Below are positions 13,101-24,561 of a stretch of DNA of 64,000 bases, piece by piece. Positions within the stretch are counted from its first letter, which is position 1. Each line of letters begins with the position of its first letter. Under the pieces are notes generated by a model, which had not been told where the DNA came from, did not search any database, and worked only from the letters and a program-made list of their open reading frames with translations. A program made the position numbers and the translations under genes. The DNA comes from Pecten maximus (taxonomy: Eukaryota), in contig NC_047015.1 of assembly GCF_902652985.1 (NCBI RefSeq), positions 54,870,001 through 54,934,000 of the forward strand, read 5' to 3'.

Positions 13101-16100
13101 CCTGATATGATCCCGACCAAATGTTGTTATTTTTCGGGTCGGTCCGAAATCCAAGATGGCCGCCATAGCCGCCATTTTGAAAAACACATTTTAAGCTTCT
13201 TCTCAAGTTCCACCAGTGCTGTTGGGCTGAAACTTGCCAGAAATGATCCTGAGATGATCCCCACCAAGTGTTGTTATTTTTCGGGCCGATTCGAAATCCA
13301 AGATGGCCGCCATAGCCGCCATCTTGAAAAACACATTTTAAACTTCTTCTCAAGTTCCACCAGTGCTGTTGGGCTGAAACTTGCCTGAAATGATCCTGAT
13401 ATGATCCTGACCAAGTGTTGTTATTTTTCGGGCCGGTCCGAAACCCAAGATGGCTGCCGTGGCCGCCATCTTGAAATACACATTTTAAACTTCTCAAGTT
13501 CCACCAGTGCTGTTGGGCTGAAACTTGCCTGAAATGATCCTGAGATGATCCCCACCAAGTGGTGTTATTTTTCGGGCCGATTCGAAATCCAAGATGGCCG
13601 CCATAACCGCCATCTTGAAAAACACATTTTTAAACTTCTCAAGTTCCACCAGTGCTGTTGGGCACAAACTTGCCAGAAATGATCCTGAGATGATCCCCAC
13701 CAAGTGGTGTTATTTTTCGGGCCGATTCGAAATCCAAGATGGCCGCCATAACCGCCATCTTGAAAAACACATTTTAAACTTCTTCTTAAGTTCCACCAGT
13801 GCTGTTGGGCTGAAACTTGCCTGACATGTTCCTGAGAGGATCCTGACCAAGTGTTGTTATTTTTTGATTGGTCTGAAATCCAAGATGGCCGCCATCTTGA
13901 AAAACACATTTTAAACTTCTTCTCCAGTTCCATTGGTGCCATTGAGCTGGAAATGGGTGAGGATGTTAAGGAAGGAGGGCCAACAAAATGTTGTTATTTT
14001 TCGGCCTAGTAAAATCATTGACTTGGCAGCCATGGCGGCCATTTTGTTACATGATTGTGCAATCATGGTTTTCCTGAACAATGCCTATTCAAACTTCTTC
14101 TCAAATTCCACCAGTGGGATTCAGCTCTAACTTACCAGAAATTATCCTTAGATTGTCCAGACCAAGTGTTGTTATTTATTTTTTTATTTTTAATACTAAA
14201 AACCGGTTGTTATAAGAGTGCTGCTCATGAACGTGTCAAGTGCTACGGGGTCTACTGAGAACTGATCAGCTTCATGCAGGATACTCCCGATATACCTTTA
14301 CATCAAAAGTGCGTGTCAAGTGCTACGGGATTAATTAAACAATTATCAGATGCAATAGGCATGAGGCTAAGTTGTGCCTCCCTTACCCCGGAGGGGTCAT
14401 CAGTTAACCTTATCTGACATATACAGACGGCCACCGAGACCGGTGCCCTGACAGCTATAAAATTTATATCCCCCTGCACCGACTAATGGCAAGACCATCT
14501 ATAATTGAGAGATAACTGAACAGCCATTAAATTAACCTTTGATATCCGGGTCATTATTTCACTCTTTACACTCGCCCTTTACTCAAATCTATTGATCGAA
14601 AATCCAAAATAAATTTGTTTAATTATATATTATTAATTAAACTGTATTATTTTAGTATACTTTTCTTCTTTATAACAAAAAACAAACAATGACTTTGGAT
14701 TTAAATGACCGCAGTCTCATTTAATATAAAACGTATACAACCTCAGAATATGGCGAGCAGGCTTATCAATTTATGAATTTAGTATGACAATGGCCGCAGT
14801 CAGAAATCCAAGATGGCCACCATGGCCAACAGTGCCACTATATACTTGCTACAGAGAATACATACTACAATAATATAAGGGATTTAATTTAGAGTCAGAT
14901 GACCGTTAAGGCCCCTGGGCCTCTTGTTACCTTGTCTAAATATGGAGCTACCCCGGTATTTGTTTTAAACATCAGTAGAATTTGAAGAGTTTTAACAAAA
15001 AATTGTGTGACCTTGTTAGGTTCTGCTGGAGCATCTTCATCAAATGTTGGGAGATAAACTGGAAGAGATAGGCAGTGAAGAGGATGAGACAGAAAACGGA
15101 GACGAAGAAATGGAAAAAGAAGATGAGATGGAAAAGGAAGAGGACCAACAGGACAGAAAAATCCCGACATTACAACAGCCCACTGTAGGACAGGTAACAG
15201 AGCTGTGTACTGAAAGTTTCTTAAAAAGATACATTCATAAACAAATACTTAAAACTTGTGTGGTCAATTTCCTAAACAATACCTACAGACTTTTTTGTCA
15301 TAAAAGTTTTTTATATCATTTAATATAGATTTTTGTCAAAATTAAAAAAAAAAAAAAAAAAAAAATTTGGGAACGCATTTGAAAATAAAACCCTTTAGTT
15401 CTGCAACTGAACATACATTTAATACCATATTTACCCACAAATAAGCCCCCTTTTCATTTTTGCAGAATCAATGATTTTAAATCAAAAGTAGTTCACAAAT
15501 TTTGATAAGCCCTCCCGAAACTTAAATAATAAACTTAAAACACTAGGGGAGGAGCTAATTTGAGGATAATTATGGTATGTACGATAATGACATCAATTAA
15601 AAGGTGATGAGTTGGAAGTGGTTCAACTGTTCATGATTGTGTCTGTAAATAGAAAACAATTGCCAAATTGCAACTGACAATTTTTCAAGCATGTATCAAC
15701 CAAGATGGCTGCCAAACCCTCTGATAAGCAAAAAAACTGATGGTCAAATGTACATGAATATAAAACTTAACCAACTACATTAGGTATGTGGGTAATTGTA
15801 CAACAACATCTGCTGCACTTTCTGTTAGCATGGTTTCTGACTGTGAAGGTTGTAAGTGAGACTAACATAAGCCTCCATTACAATATGAAAGTGTTATACA
15901 ATGTCATGTACATGTATTTGAAATGTGATTTTAAATTTTGAATTGAAATATTCAAATTTCCGACTGGTTATTTTACTTCTCCTGTATTTCTGCAAAAAAA
16001 AATTTGTCAGAAAAAACGGCATTAAACAGCAGCAAGTGACATTCTATTTAGGTGTAAAATCAGTCTTGTATGTCTTCACTCCGATAGATTGCTGACTGGA

Positions 16101-17117
16101 TTTGTGTGACACTCGATGCTCACATCACACAGCTAATTATCTCCCCTGATGCGCGATTGCTCCTCATCAATCTGCATACCTGCGTGGCCTCACAGGTAAG
16201 TGACATCATGATTCAGAAAGATTTCAGATTTCTTTTTCTTTATTTTTTTTTTTTTTTTATTTATTTATTTATTTATTTTTTTTTTTTGCGATATTGACAA
16301 ATAATATTATCCACACATTTGCTCAAAATAAAGCACTGCCAGAAGTTTTCCAATTAATGGTACAAGCTACTCCAACACTTAATAAGCTAGTGTTGTGTGT
16401 TATGTGGAAATAATAATTAATATACTGATACATATATCTTTTTTTTTATAACAAACAATATTAATGATTCTTTTCTACACTTTCCATCAATTTTAAAACT
16501 TCTGTTTTACTTGAAATCCTTCTTTAATTAGTCATTAAAATCGTCATGTGTCGTTTAGAATTTAACGATTGTTAAAATATTGCCAATTTTAAGATGCTAA
16601 ATTGTGGACAGCATATGCACTGCTTGTCACCAAAATGCATGTACATTGTATCTACATGTAATTAACAACAACAAATGAAAAAAAAATTAAGGACAACATC
16701 CTGAAAGTAATTGATTAATTGAGCACATTTCTTTGATTAAAATGCAATCGATTATTTATTTACTTTAGATTTTAAAAGATGGAAAGATAGTCTCAAGCTT
16801 TTAGAGGGTGGGATAAGCTAAAAGTATGAAACCTACTGTATTTTATGATATATAAAACAGCATATTCTTGTTTTCATTTGATCATAAATACGCTATGTTT
16901 GAGATGAAGCATCTTAAATGCAAAAGAACTTGTAGAAATAAAAATTTGTCCATTAACATTTGTCCATATATTGTGTGTTTATCTGTCCAAACAGGTACAG
17001 TTTTACGACGAGCTGTCGAGTCTAGAGGCACTTCTGGATCAACTCAAAGCCAAATGTTCTGTAACATCTAAGAAGGCAGTTGGACAGTACTGTGTAGAAG
17101 TTCTCCATATTCATTGA
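1159..17117 (+). CDS. NOL11: Nucleolar protein 11 (t-UTP/SSU processome component), about 679 aa, 16 coding exons; apparent 1-bp insertion in exon 6
   Basis: Exons: 1159-1290, 1865-1975, 2579-2635, 3373-3576, 4347-4497, 5300-5459, 6348-6430, 7103-7282, 7806-7874, 8466-8650, 9028-9153, 10864-10962, 12111-12189, 15020-15193, 16088-16195, 16995-17117. All are GT-AG and phase-compatible except for 1 extra nt in exon 6. Motifs match recalled NOL11: DQKAIHSWSVRRGLQITSPA, LLDTHHVAVAG, MIPYTCQKSSVSSILG, DWICVTLDAHITQLIISPDARLLLINL, and C-terminal GQYCVEVLHIH*. AATAAA at 17130. Confidence 0.92.
4118..4311 (+). mobile_element. tRNA-derived V-SINE-like element (NOL11 intron 4)
   Basis: Pol III A/B-box-like head (GTGGCCGAGTGG...GAGTGCGAAACC), GGTTTTTCTCCGGGTACTCTGG V-domain-like segment and AAAC-rich tail. 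Flanked by the direct repeat ATGATTTGAGAT (4106-4117 and 4312-4323). Homologous to copies at 55632 and 61268. Confidence 0.8.
5490..5765 (+). mobile_element. Helentron/HINE-type 3' fragment
   Basis: Ends in CAGGTGAGCG...GGCCCATTGGGCCTCTTGT (subterminal IR plus 3' palindrome). A similar end occurs at 10571-10605. Confidence 0.55.
6234..6316. mobile_element. Tiny piggyBac-like MITE
   Basis: TTAA|CCCTT...AAGGG|TTAA with imperfect TIRs of about 13 bp. Confidence 0.5.
6469..7046. mobile_element. TTAA-flanked (piggyBac-like) non-autonomous DNA element
   Basis: TTAA|CTCTTTCCGTAC ... ATACTGAAAGAG|TTAA. Three subterminal copies of the palindrome GTC(G/A)ACTATAGTCGAC at 6929-7030. Confidence 0.7.
8083..8322. 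mobile_element. MITE with TIRs of about 35 bp (PIF/Harbinger-like termini)
   Basis: TGGGCCAGTTGTTCAAAAGGTGATT..GCTAATCAC versus GTGATTAAGCTAATCCCCTTTTGAACAACTGGGCCC. Confidence 0.7.
10963..12110 (+). other. U12-type (minor spliceosome) GT-AG intron in NOL11
   Basis: The 5' splice site is GTATCCTTT. The branch site TCCTTGAC lies 9 nt before the exon start, and there is no polypyrimidine tract. Splicing restores the NOL11 frame (..SYFV|NSVLREGFNDIFLVDCLK). Confidence 0.88.
11313..11545 (+). repeat. Interspersed repeat, with a second copy at about 56898-57075
   Basis: About 175 bp of clear similarity (GGTCCAA..CCAGTTGGA..GTTCGTTTAT.AAATAAAGA..GACC.GGTGATTTTATATTGTTTTCA...TTCCAAGGCCT.TATTAA) between the two loci. 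Confidence 0.75.
12617..14928 (+). mobile_element. Non-autonomous Helentron (HINE/DINE-like) carrying about 8 x 147-bp internal tandem repeats (NOL11 intron 13)
   Basis: 5' T-run plus subterminal IR GGTCATCTGAC with a short hairpin, then a (CCGT/CGTG) microsatellite at 12670-12735 and a 147-bp array at about 12760-13930. The 3' end has GTCAGATGACC plus the palindrome AGGCCCCTGGGCCT and CTTGTT. Confidence 0.85.
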
Positions 17118-17369
17118 TCGTTCTCCACAAATAAAACATTATTTACTGTGTTTGTTGTGTTATGACGTTATGACTATATTGGTATACTGTTAAATTATTT
17201 TGTAGGGGTTTCAAAATCACCTTTTTTGTTGGATAATAATGTATTGCATCAATTCACAGCAATCGTTTTAAAGAATTTTTAAAACTAAAATCAGTGGCAT
17301 ACATACTTGAAAACTGAACAAATCCACATTTATACTGAAAAACAACTATAAAATCATAAATGAACATAG

Positions 17370-18313
17370 GTACATTCATAGTGAAAACTTGTCCAAAACA
17401 TGTCCACATTCATAAGTGAAAACTCGTCCCAGATGTGTCCACATTTATAGTAAAAACTCGTCCCAAACATGTCCACATTCATAGTGAAAACTCGTCCCAA
17501 ATATGTCCACATTCATAGTAAAAACTCGTCCCAAACTCGTCCCAAACATGTCCACATTCATAATGAAAACTCGTCCCAAATGTGTCCACATTCATAGTGA
17601 AAACTCGTCCCAAATATGTCCACATTCATAGTAAAAACTCGTCCAAAACATGTCCATATTCATAGTGAAAATTCGTCCCAAACATGTTTACATTTATACG
17701 TGAAAACTAGTCCCAAACATGTCCACATTCATAGTGAAAACTCGTCCCAAATGTGTCAACATTCATATTAAAAACTCGTCCCAAATATATCCACATTCAT
17801 AATGAAAACTCGTCCCAAACATGTCCACATCCAGTGAAAATTCGTCCCAAACATGTCAACAAGTGAAATCTCGCCCCAAACGTGTTCACATTAATAAGTG
17901 AAATCTCGCCCCAAACGTATTCACAAAAATAATTGAAATCTCGCCCCAAACGTGTTCACATTAATAAGTGAAATCTCGCCCCAAACGTGTCCTCATTAAT
18001 AAGTGAAAACTCGTCCCAAACGTGTCCTCATTAATAAGTGAAATCTCGCCCCAAACGTGTTCACATTAATAAGTGAAATCTCGCCCCAAACGTGTTCACA
18101 TTAATAAGTGAAAACTCATCCCAAACATGTCCACATCCATAGTGAAAACTCGTCCCAAACATGTCCTCATTAATAAGTGAAATCTCGCCCCAAACGTGTT
18201 CACATTAATAAGTGAAAACTCGTCCCAAACATGTCCACATACATCGTGAAAACTCGTCCCAAACATGTCCACATCCATAGTGAAAACTCGTCCCAAACAT
18301 GTCCACATTCATA
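17370..18313. repeat. Minisatellite, 34-36-bp unit (GTGAAAACTCGTCCCAAACATGTCCACATTCATA), about 27 copies
   Basis: Directly visible tandem array just downstream of the NOL11 polyA signal. Confidence 0.92.
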
Positions 18314-19244
18314 AGTGGGCGTTGGGATGAGTAAAATTCATTTTCCTGTGGGTCGGCTGCATCTTTGTGCATAATAACCAATCCAATGGGAAATAAATTA
18401 TGACCGATGCCAGTCTATCATATTTTAGAATCCATATAAACACTATACCAGTAATTTGTAATACTTAACTTTTATTTGTATTTTATCAAATATCGTATTT
18501 AACAGACAAACAACAATGCCTCTCCCTTAAGCTTATGCATAGCAACTGGGAGTGATCTAGCTGCGATGACATTTCAACAAATATGGTACCAGATTATATG
18601 CCGAGTGTTGCTACATTTCTGTCGATAATTGGAACAAAAGAGACATTTTAACGCGGTAATCAGAAACCAACGGTTAAGAATGTTTTCCCTACCAACAGAC
18701 ACGATGGCTGATTTCTAAAGCACCCATGGGATTAGCATTGATGGTCGACAGCCGTCGTCATGGAGAGCGCTTCTAAGGACACGCTTCGCCACGCTCTCAT
18801 TGAAGGTCTAGGTGTTGGATAATTAATGACCCAGGCGCTGAAATACACCGGGATGTTCTGTTTTGGATACGTTTGACGGATTTTAGGTGTGACCAACCGT
18901 GGAAAAATAGCAAGTTTATCTGTTTGAATTACTGCTTATAGAAAATGTACATATTTTTAGATGCTAATGTTAATTGCTGAAAGTGGACTCAAGTGTGTCA
19001 CAAAAATCATAAAATCACACAAAGATATAGATGATAACAACATTCTTAAAATCGCCTACAAAACTCAAAGATTCCAACAGTTTATAAAGTTGTAAAAGCG
19101 TTCAGTATAAAACAGCTTGCTTGTTTTATTTCAATCGATCATAGTTACTCTTTAGGTGAAGCACACGTATGTTAAAACGTCACACATTTGTTTTCACGTA
19201 TTTCTATATCATTTTCATGAGGAATTGATGCAACAGATGTTTCA

Positions 19245-19430
19245 CCTAGCAGCCAGGGTTCGATTCCCCGATCGGACGTGAAAGTATGGGGTTACCTGCC
19301 CGAGCACGTGGTTTTTTTCTAGGTACCCCGGTTTCCTTTCACAAAAAGACCCCTCGCGTTCTTCCAACAAGCGTGATTAATTTAAGTTGCCATAAATGTT
19401 TCTCAATTGTTGTAAACCAAATAAAGATTA
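19245..19430 (+). mobile_element. Degenerate tRNA-derived V-SINE-like element (a different subfamily)
   Basis: B-box GGTTCGATTCCC followed by GTGGTTTTTTCTAGGTACCCCGGTTTCCTTTCAC. Confidence 0.55.
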
Positions 19431-22400
19431 ATGAATTACATCAATAATTACACAGGCAGTGGACGTTTCGTCAACATGGCGTTTGGAAAGCGACCCCTGG
19501 TGACCATTTGCATGTCTGCTCTTATGTAGACTTTAATATATGAACTTACAATCATATGATCTGTAGATATTTTTTTAAGTCGACGTTAAAGTTCAAATAT
19601 AATCAGCCAATCTGTCTGGAGTTTTTTAAAGCCTACATTTTAACCTCTTTTGCTCCAGTTTGAAAATTGGCAGGTGTATATGGGCGTGGTATTAACTCTA
19701 GAAATCACGTGTGATTTGGTTATATGAAACCATTTCTTGATAATTATCAAACCCAACCTCTTGTGCATGTATGACATCTCACTTAAAACGGTGTACCTAC
19801 GGAAAAATTAAGTTATATTTTTGTACTTTAGAAATTCAATACCACTTATCATTAAGATACATGTATATACCAACGTAATTGCATCATGTATCATGTTTTA
19901 ACGACAAAAGAACGGACGACTGGATCTGTCTACCGTCAATAAAGCGTATAGATAATCTGCATGACCTTTAACCCTGTAGAGAGTGATCTTAATTAATTAT
20001 GGTAGATTTTCGGAAAGAGTACGGAAAATGTCTTCTAAATGGAAAATTGATGACACTCGCCACACTCAATCGGAACATCTCGCCTTCGTTTTATCAACGT
20101 ACGTAGAACATGACGAGGGGTTCCGATCGTCGCCACTAAGAGGATTTTAAAGACAGGTCTAATTTACGGCAAAACCCAAAAGTAGCCAAAGTAGAAATCC
20201 CATAAAAATTATCCACGAAAATGGTCTTACTAAGAAGGAAATCCTATCAAAAATTGAATTGAATATAATTGAACTAAAATTGTTTTGAAATTGTATCAAT
20301 TGGGTCCACGAGGTATTATTAAATTAGGAATTTCACAAAAGAGATACATGTATATAGAATTTGGAAAATTTAAGAAATATTAAGAAAGTTACCCACGGTA
20401 GGGGAATGGGTCGAAGGAACCCCGATATCAAAGTCATTTGATAAGTATGTCTAGATCCTGATTATAACGGATTAAATGTAAATATGTGATATGTGACGTT
20501 GGAATGCTAAAAATAAAATATATACAATGTACAAGGGTATAGTTTACACAATATGTACTTTAAATCGCAACCAATACACAAAACAGTCAAGGACATTCGT
20601 CAATGTTAATTTAATTATTTTTATTGATTAACAAAACAATTCTGACGCACTCGAATACAACTTGATAATTGATTATCTGAAATTGAAATCCACAATAACA
20701 TTTCGGGTGTACTTATATAAACAATGGCTAAGGGTCTTCAACAAAGAAATTTATTTGTTTATAAATATATTAGCCTTGTAAACAAGATCATAACATTATG
20801 TTTTTCTTATTGTAAAACTGATTTGAAACAATCGGATGAGCGGATGGCGTTTCGCAAAACAAAAAAAATATTTTGTACAATTCTATACTTGGTATCGGAT
20901 GAGTTCAGTCGTCTCAAAGTTTTGTCAGCTTAAACAGATCTAATTTCAGTTTTTCATACTTTTTTTTCTCGTGCAGACAAATTCACACAAAATATCTGTC
21001 CATGAAATGGTTTTGCCTCATTATGACTTTATATAATTAATTGCGAGTTTGTTTATTACAGTTTCGATGGATCAGAGAATATCTTCAATAATTTTCAGGT
21101 ATCATGTCAGCATTAAACTAACCATAACTGAAACATTTTTTAAATTCCGTCTAATTTAACAGGCACATATAAACCAAATTTCACATTCTTAGGCTTTTCG
21201 GCACGCATTTCCGGAAAATCCCGAGGATATACGAATCTTTTGATTTGTCATTACGCCGTGAATACATTTCAACTTCTTTTAGTAATCAATTTCAGGGGGG
21301 AAATCGATAACAGAAACGTCAGCCAATCATCACATATAGAACACAGAATATAGGTAAACAACAAACAGATATATATAAAATAAACACAACAACAAAAACA
21401 GTATACATTTTTTGTAAAGTATAACTTCAATCGCAGGTTTTCTCATACTTTTTCAGAGTCCGAGATCGGTATTATCCAAGATACCGGGTTCCGCGGATTA
21501 TGGTCTTTTTAAAAATTAAGATTCAAAACAAAACAATTTTTACCTGTAGGAAGTGATTACAAATATGTTTTTAAAAGTCTATTCGGTAAAGGTGTTTTAC
21601 CTTGATTTCATATGTATTTATGATCTCATCTCACAGTAATTGCGGTATTTAGGACCAGAGTAAACAACTTTAAGATATTTCACCATTTTTGTAAACATCA
21701 AATGACGACCCCCTAAAACACTTATGCCTAGAAGTAAATTTGATATCTATATGAGTTAGCATTAAACAATTACATCGATTACCGCTTTACGGATATTCGG
21801 AAAACCGGAGATCCCTTATCCGAAATTCAAGTGTCTGGAATTAGTTGAGATGTCAGTTTTATGCAAAAAGGAACTTTCGGTGACGGTTTTTGAATGTTTT
21901 CTTCACTAAATATCAATATATCCAGTAATACGCCGCATTGGATTACATTAAACATTATTTTCACCATTTTTTATAGTTTTAATGTATTTTTTCTTTCCTT
22001 GTTGCCACTTTTAGTAAAGGGACATTCCTTCTGAAATAATTTATTTAAATTAGAGGAATTGTGAATAGTTTCATAGTTTTAAAGTATTTTTCTTTCTCTG
22101 TTGCCACTTTTATGAAAGGGACATTCCTTTTGAAGTTATTGATTTAAAGTAGAGGAATCGTTCAGTAGTTTCGCTTAAACACAACAGATTGTACTCTTAA
22201 TTAACGTTTTTAATTAAGATATTTTTGATGCGTGATATATTTTACCTCTAATGAACACCGACTGTAGTTAATCAGGAGTTTCCCCAGTCGTAAATATATT
22301 ATTCATTATGCCTATATAGATATAATCAATATACAATACACATCTGGGATCTACGTGTTCTAAAGCATGGTTAGCATATGCAGATTTTTCCCGTTTCGGA

Positions 22401-23316
22401 TATTTAATTTTTTTTTTTTACATGATTAAATCATTCAAATCAATATGTAAAACGGACATAGATACTATTTATTACATTAGATGAGAATTAGGAGTAATAT
22501 AATGTTTAATTAATTTTATGTAACAACCGTTAAAGATGAATACGTTTTTGTTGAGTAAACTTCATTTCCAACACCGACCCAAGGGTTTTTAGGTTTTCTA
22601 TCCGGACCTGTGACACCAGACACCGACTCTTAACTTAGAAACACCGGTCTATTGGGGGCCTGCTATGGTACGCGTTACTGTGACGAAGTAACACTCTAGA
22701 ATGAACTCGAAGTTATGAAAAGTACACCTAGACCCTGTAACATGATATACTTGTTTTGTTAATATCGACTATTATAAATATCGTATATGGTTTTGTTAAT
22801 ATACCGATACCATTATTTATCAAACCTTACCTTACATATTTGAAACTTTTTAATTTTCATTTTGATAAACATTGATTAGCATCCAGAGATGTACACCGGA
22901 TGAGTAAGAGAAATTTGAATTTATTTTCACAAAATAATGAATCATTATTGTTCAAGTTTATTTGAGGCTTTGAATCTTACACCCCGAGGTGATAGAAAGA
23001 AATATTAATTTTACCTGAAAATAAGTCGTATCGGATGTCATATTCAAAAATGTGAATTGAAAATCATTCGGAACTTTCCGGCAATCACAAAAAAAATTCC
23101 GGAAATTCACGAGTATAGATCCGCTTTGGATGGATATAATCAATAATATATATTCAGAAGCTGTGAATTTCCTTGAAGGTAATATCCATGGAAACATAAC
23201 AATATCACATTTGAAACTTGAAACACGAAGATTCATACATAAGGCAATCTGTATAAACACACATTATGTTCAACACTTCTTCTTAATGGATTACTTTGTA
23301 TTGTTTATTGCACGGT

Positions 23317-24561
23317 TCAGTGATTCTGTTTTTGTCCTGTTCTTTGTTTTTTATCGCGGGCAAGACTTTTTGCAAGTTTGTTAACATCGCCATTTCTAAA
23401 AGATTCCAATATTTCCACGCTCCTTTTCACACGTTTCTTCGCATTTTCCATTTTCTGATCTTGAGCAAGTCTACTGCGTGATGAGGCAGGCTTGGCGTTG
23501 AAATCGGATGTCGTATTTAATCTTGTTATCATCCACGCATGCTCAGTTGCTCTGCTTTGTGGCATTTGAACCACTGACGGGGGAGCTGAAAGACATACGG
23601 TTTGAGCAAAATCTCCTAGCATTGAGGGCACTACAGATGCGTCGACAGAAGGCGCAATAGAGGGCGCTACGAAACTATTTTCTGCAAATAGTTGATCATT
23701 TAGATGTTTTTCCTCGTCCGTTTTTTCCTTATCGTCCAAAGCCATACCGGAGTATTTAGAAAGCCGACTTTTAGACTTGACATTTTGTTCATTATATTGG
23801 TCGGTTTGTTTTAAAAATGCTGGGTTAAGGAGATTTTCCAAACGCTTGAAACGCATATCTCTTGACGGTGTACCCGATTCAAGCATTGTCTTGCCTCGGT
23901 AATTGTCATAGTGTTTAAGCGCGCCATGGTCTACAACTTCCACTTCCGGTAGCTTGTTCATGAATGTCTTATCATTGTGTGTTATAATTTCCGTTTTTTC
24001 TTTGCTAATTCCAAAAGGCATTTTCATCTGCCTAGGCGTAGACGTTGTAATGTTATTTCCGTTTCCGGTTCCAGGTCCGGATCCATTTCCGATTCCGGCT
24101 GAAGCAGATTTTAGTCTTGGTCCTTTGCTCGTTTTCACTCGATAATCCGGAAGTCGGTATACGACGTCCATTTCCTTTGGGCGTCTCTCTTCCGGAACAG
24201 AATAAACCGGAAAGTTCATATTTGATAATCGGGTCTCGTCATCTCTTTTCCATTTCTTTTGTTTCCGGTCCTGCATGGCAACAAAAGTTCTTTGTGTCAG
24301 ATCGTTCGCGTTAGACTGTTTGAGTTGTCGGAGAGTCAAATCACTCATAGTTCTTTCTAGTTGGCGATCCTGACTCATATTTTCGTTCAGAATCACGTGA
24401 GAAAGAGCCGTTTTGGGTAACGAGTCCCTGACACATAGATATTGTTTTATTTTAATATTTTTTGTATCCTCACCTTGAATATATGAAAAACCATCAGGTG
24501 AAATGTCAAATTGCTGAGACAAATCGCCTCCTCCGGAGTCTAGAGGCGTCATGATTTCCAT
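23317..24561 (-). CDS. Uncharacterised single-exon protein of about 414 aa (hydrophilic, probably largely disordered)
   Basis: A 1245-bp ORF in AT-rich DNA, with first ATG at 24561 (MEIMTPLDSGGG...). A plausible 53-nt 5' UTR intron lies at 24583-24635. No TE-protein or other recognisable domain. Confidence 0.75.
   Translation of the reverse strand: MEIMTPLDSGGGDLSQQFDISPDGFSYIQGEDTKNIKIKQYLCVRDSLPKTALSHVILNENMSQDRQLERTMSDLTLRQLKQSNANDLTQRTFVAMQDRKQKKWKRDDETRLSNMNFPVYSVPEERRPKEMDVVYRLPDYRVKTSKGPRLKSASAGIGNGSGPGTGNGNNITTSTPRQMKMPFGISKEKTEIITHNDKTFMNKLPEVEVVDHGALKHYDNYRGKTMLESGTPSRDMRFKRLENLLNPAFLKQTDQYNEQNVKSKSRLSKYSGMALDDKEKTDEEKHLNDQLFAENSFVAPSIAPSVDASVVPSMLGDFAQTVCLSAPPSVVQMPQSRATEHAWMITRLNTTSDFNAKPASSRSRLAQDQKMENAKKRVKRSVEILESFRNGDVNKLAKSLARDKKQRTGQKQNH

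Noticed and set aside
13072-13942. Several repetitive ORFs (e.g. 141 aa and 125 aa)
   Set aside because: By-products of the 147-bp (49-codon) repeat inside an intronic Helentron; no splice or homology support.
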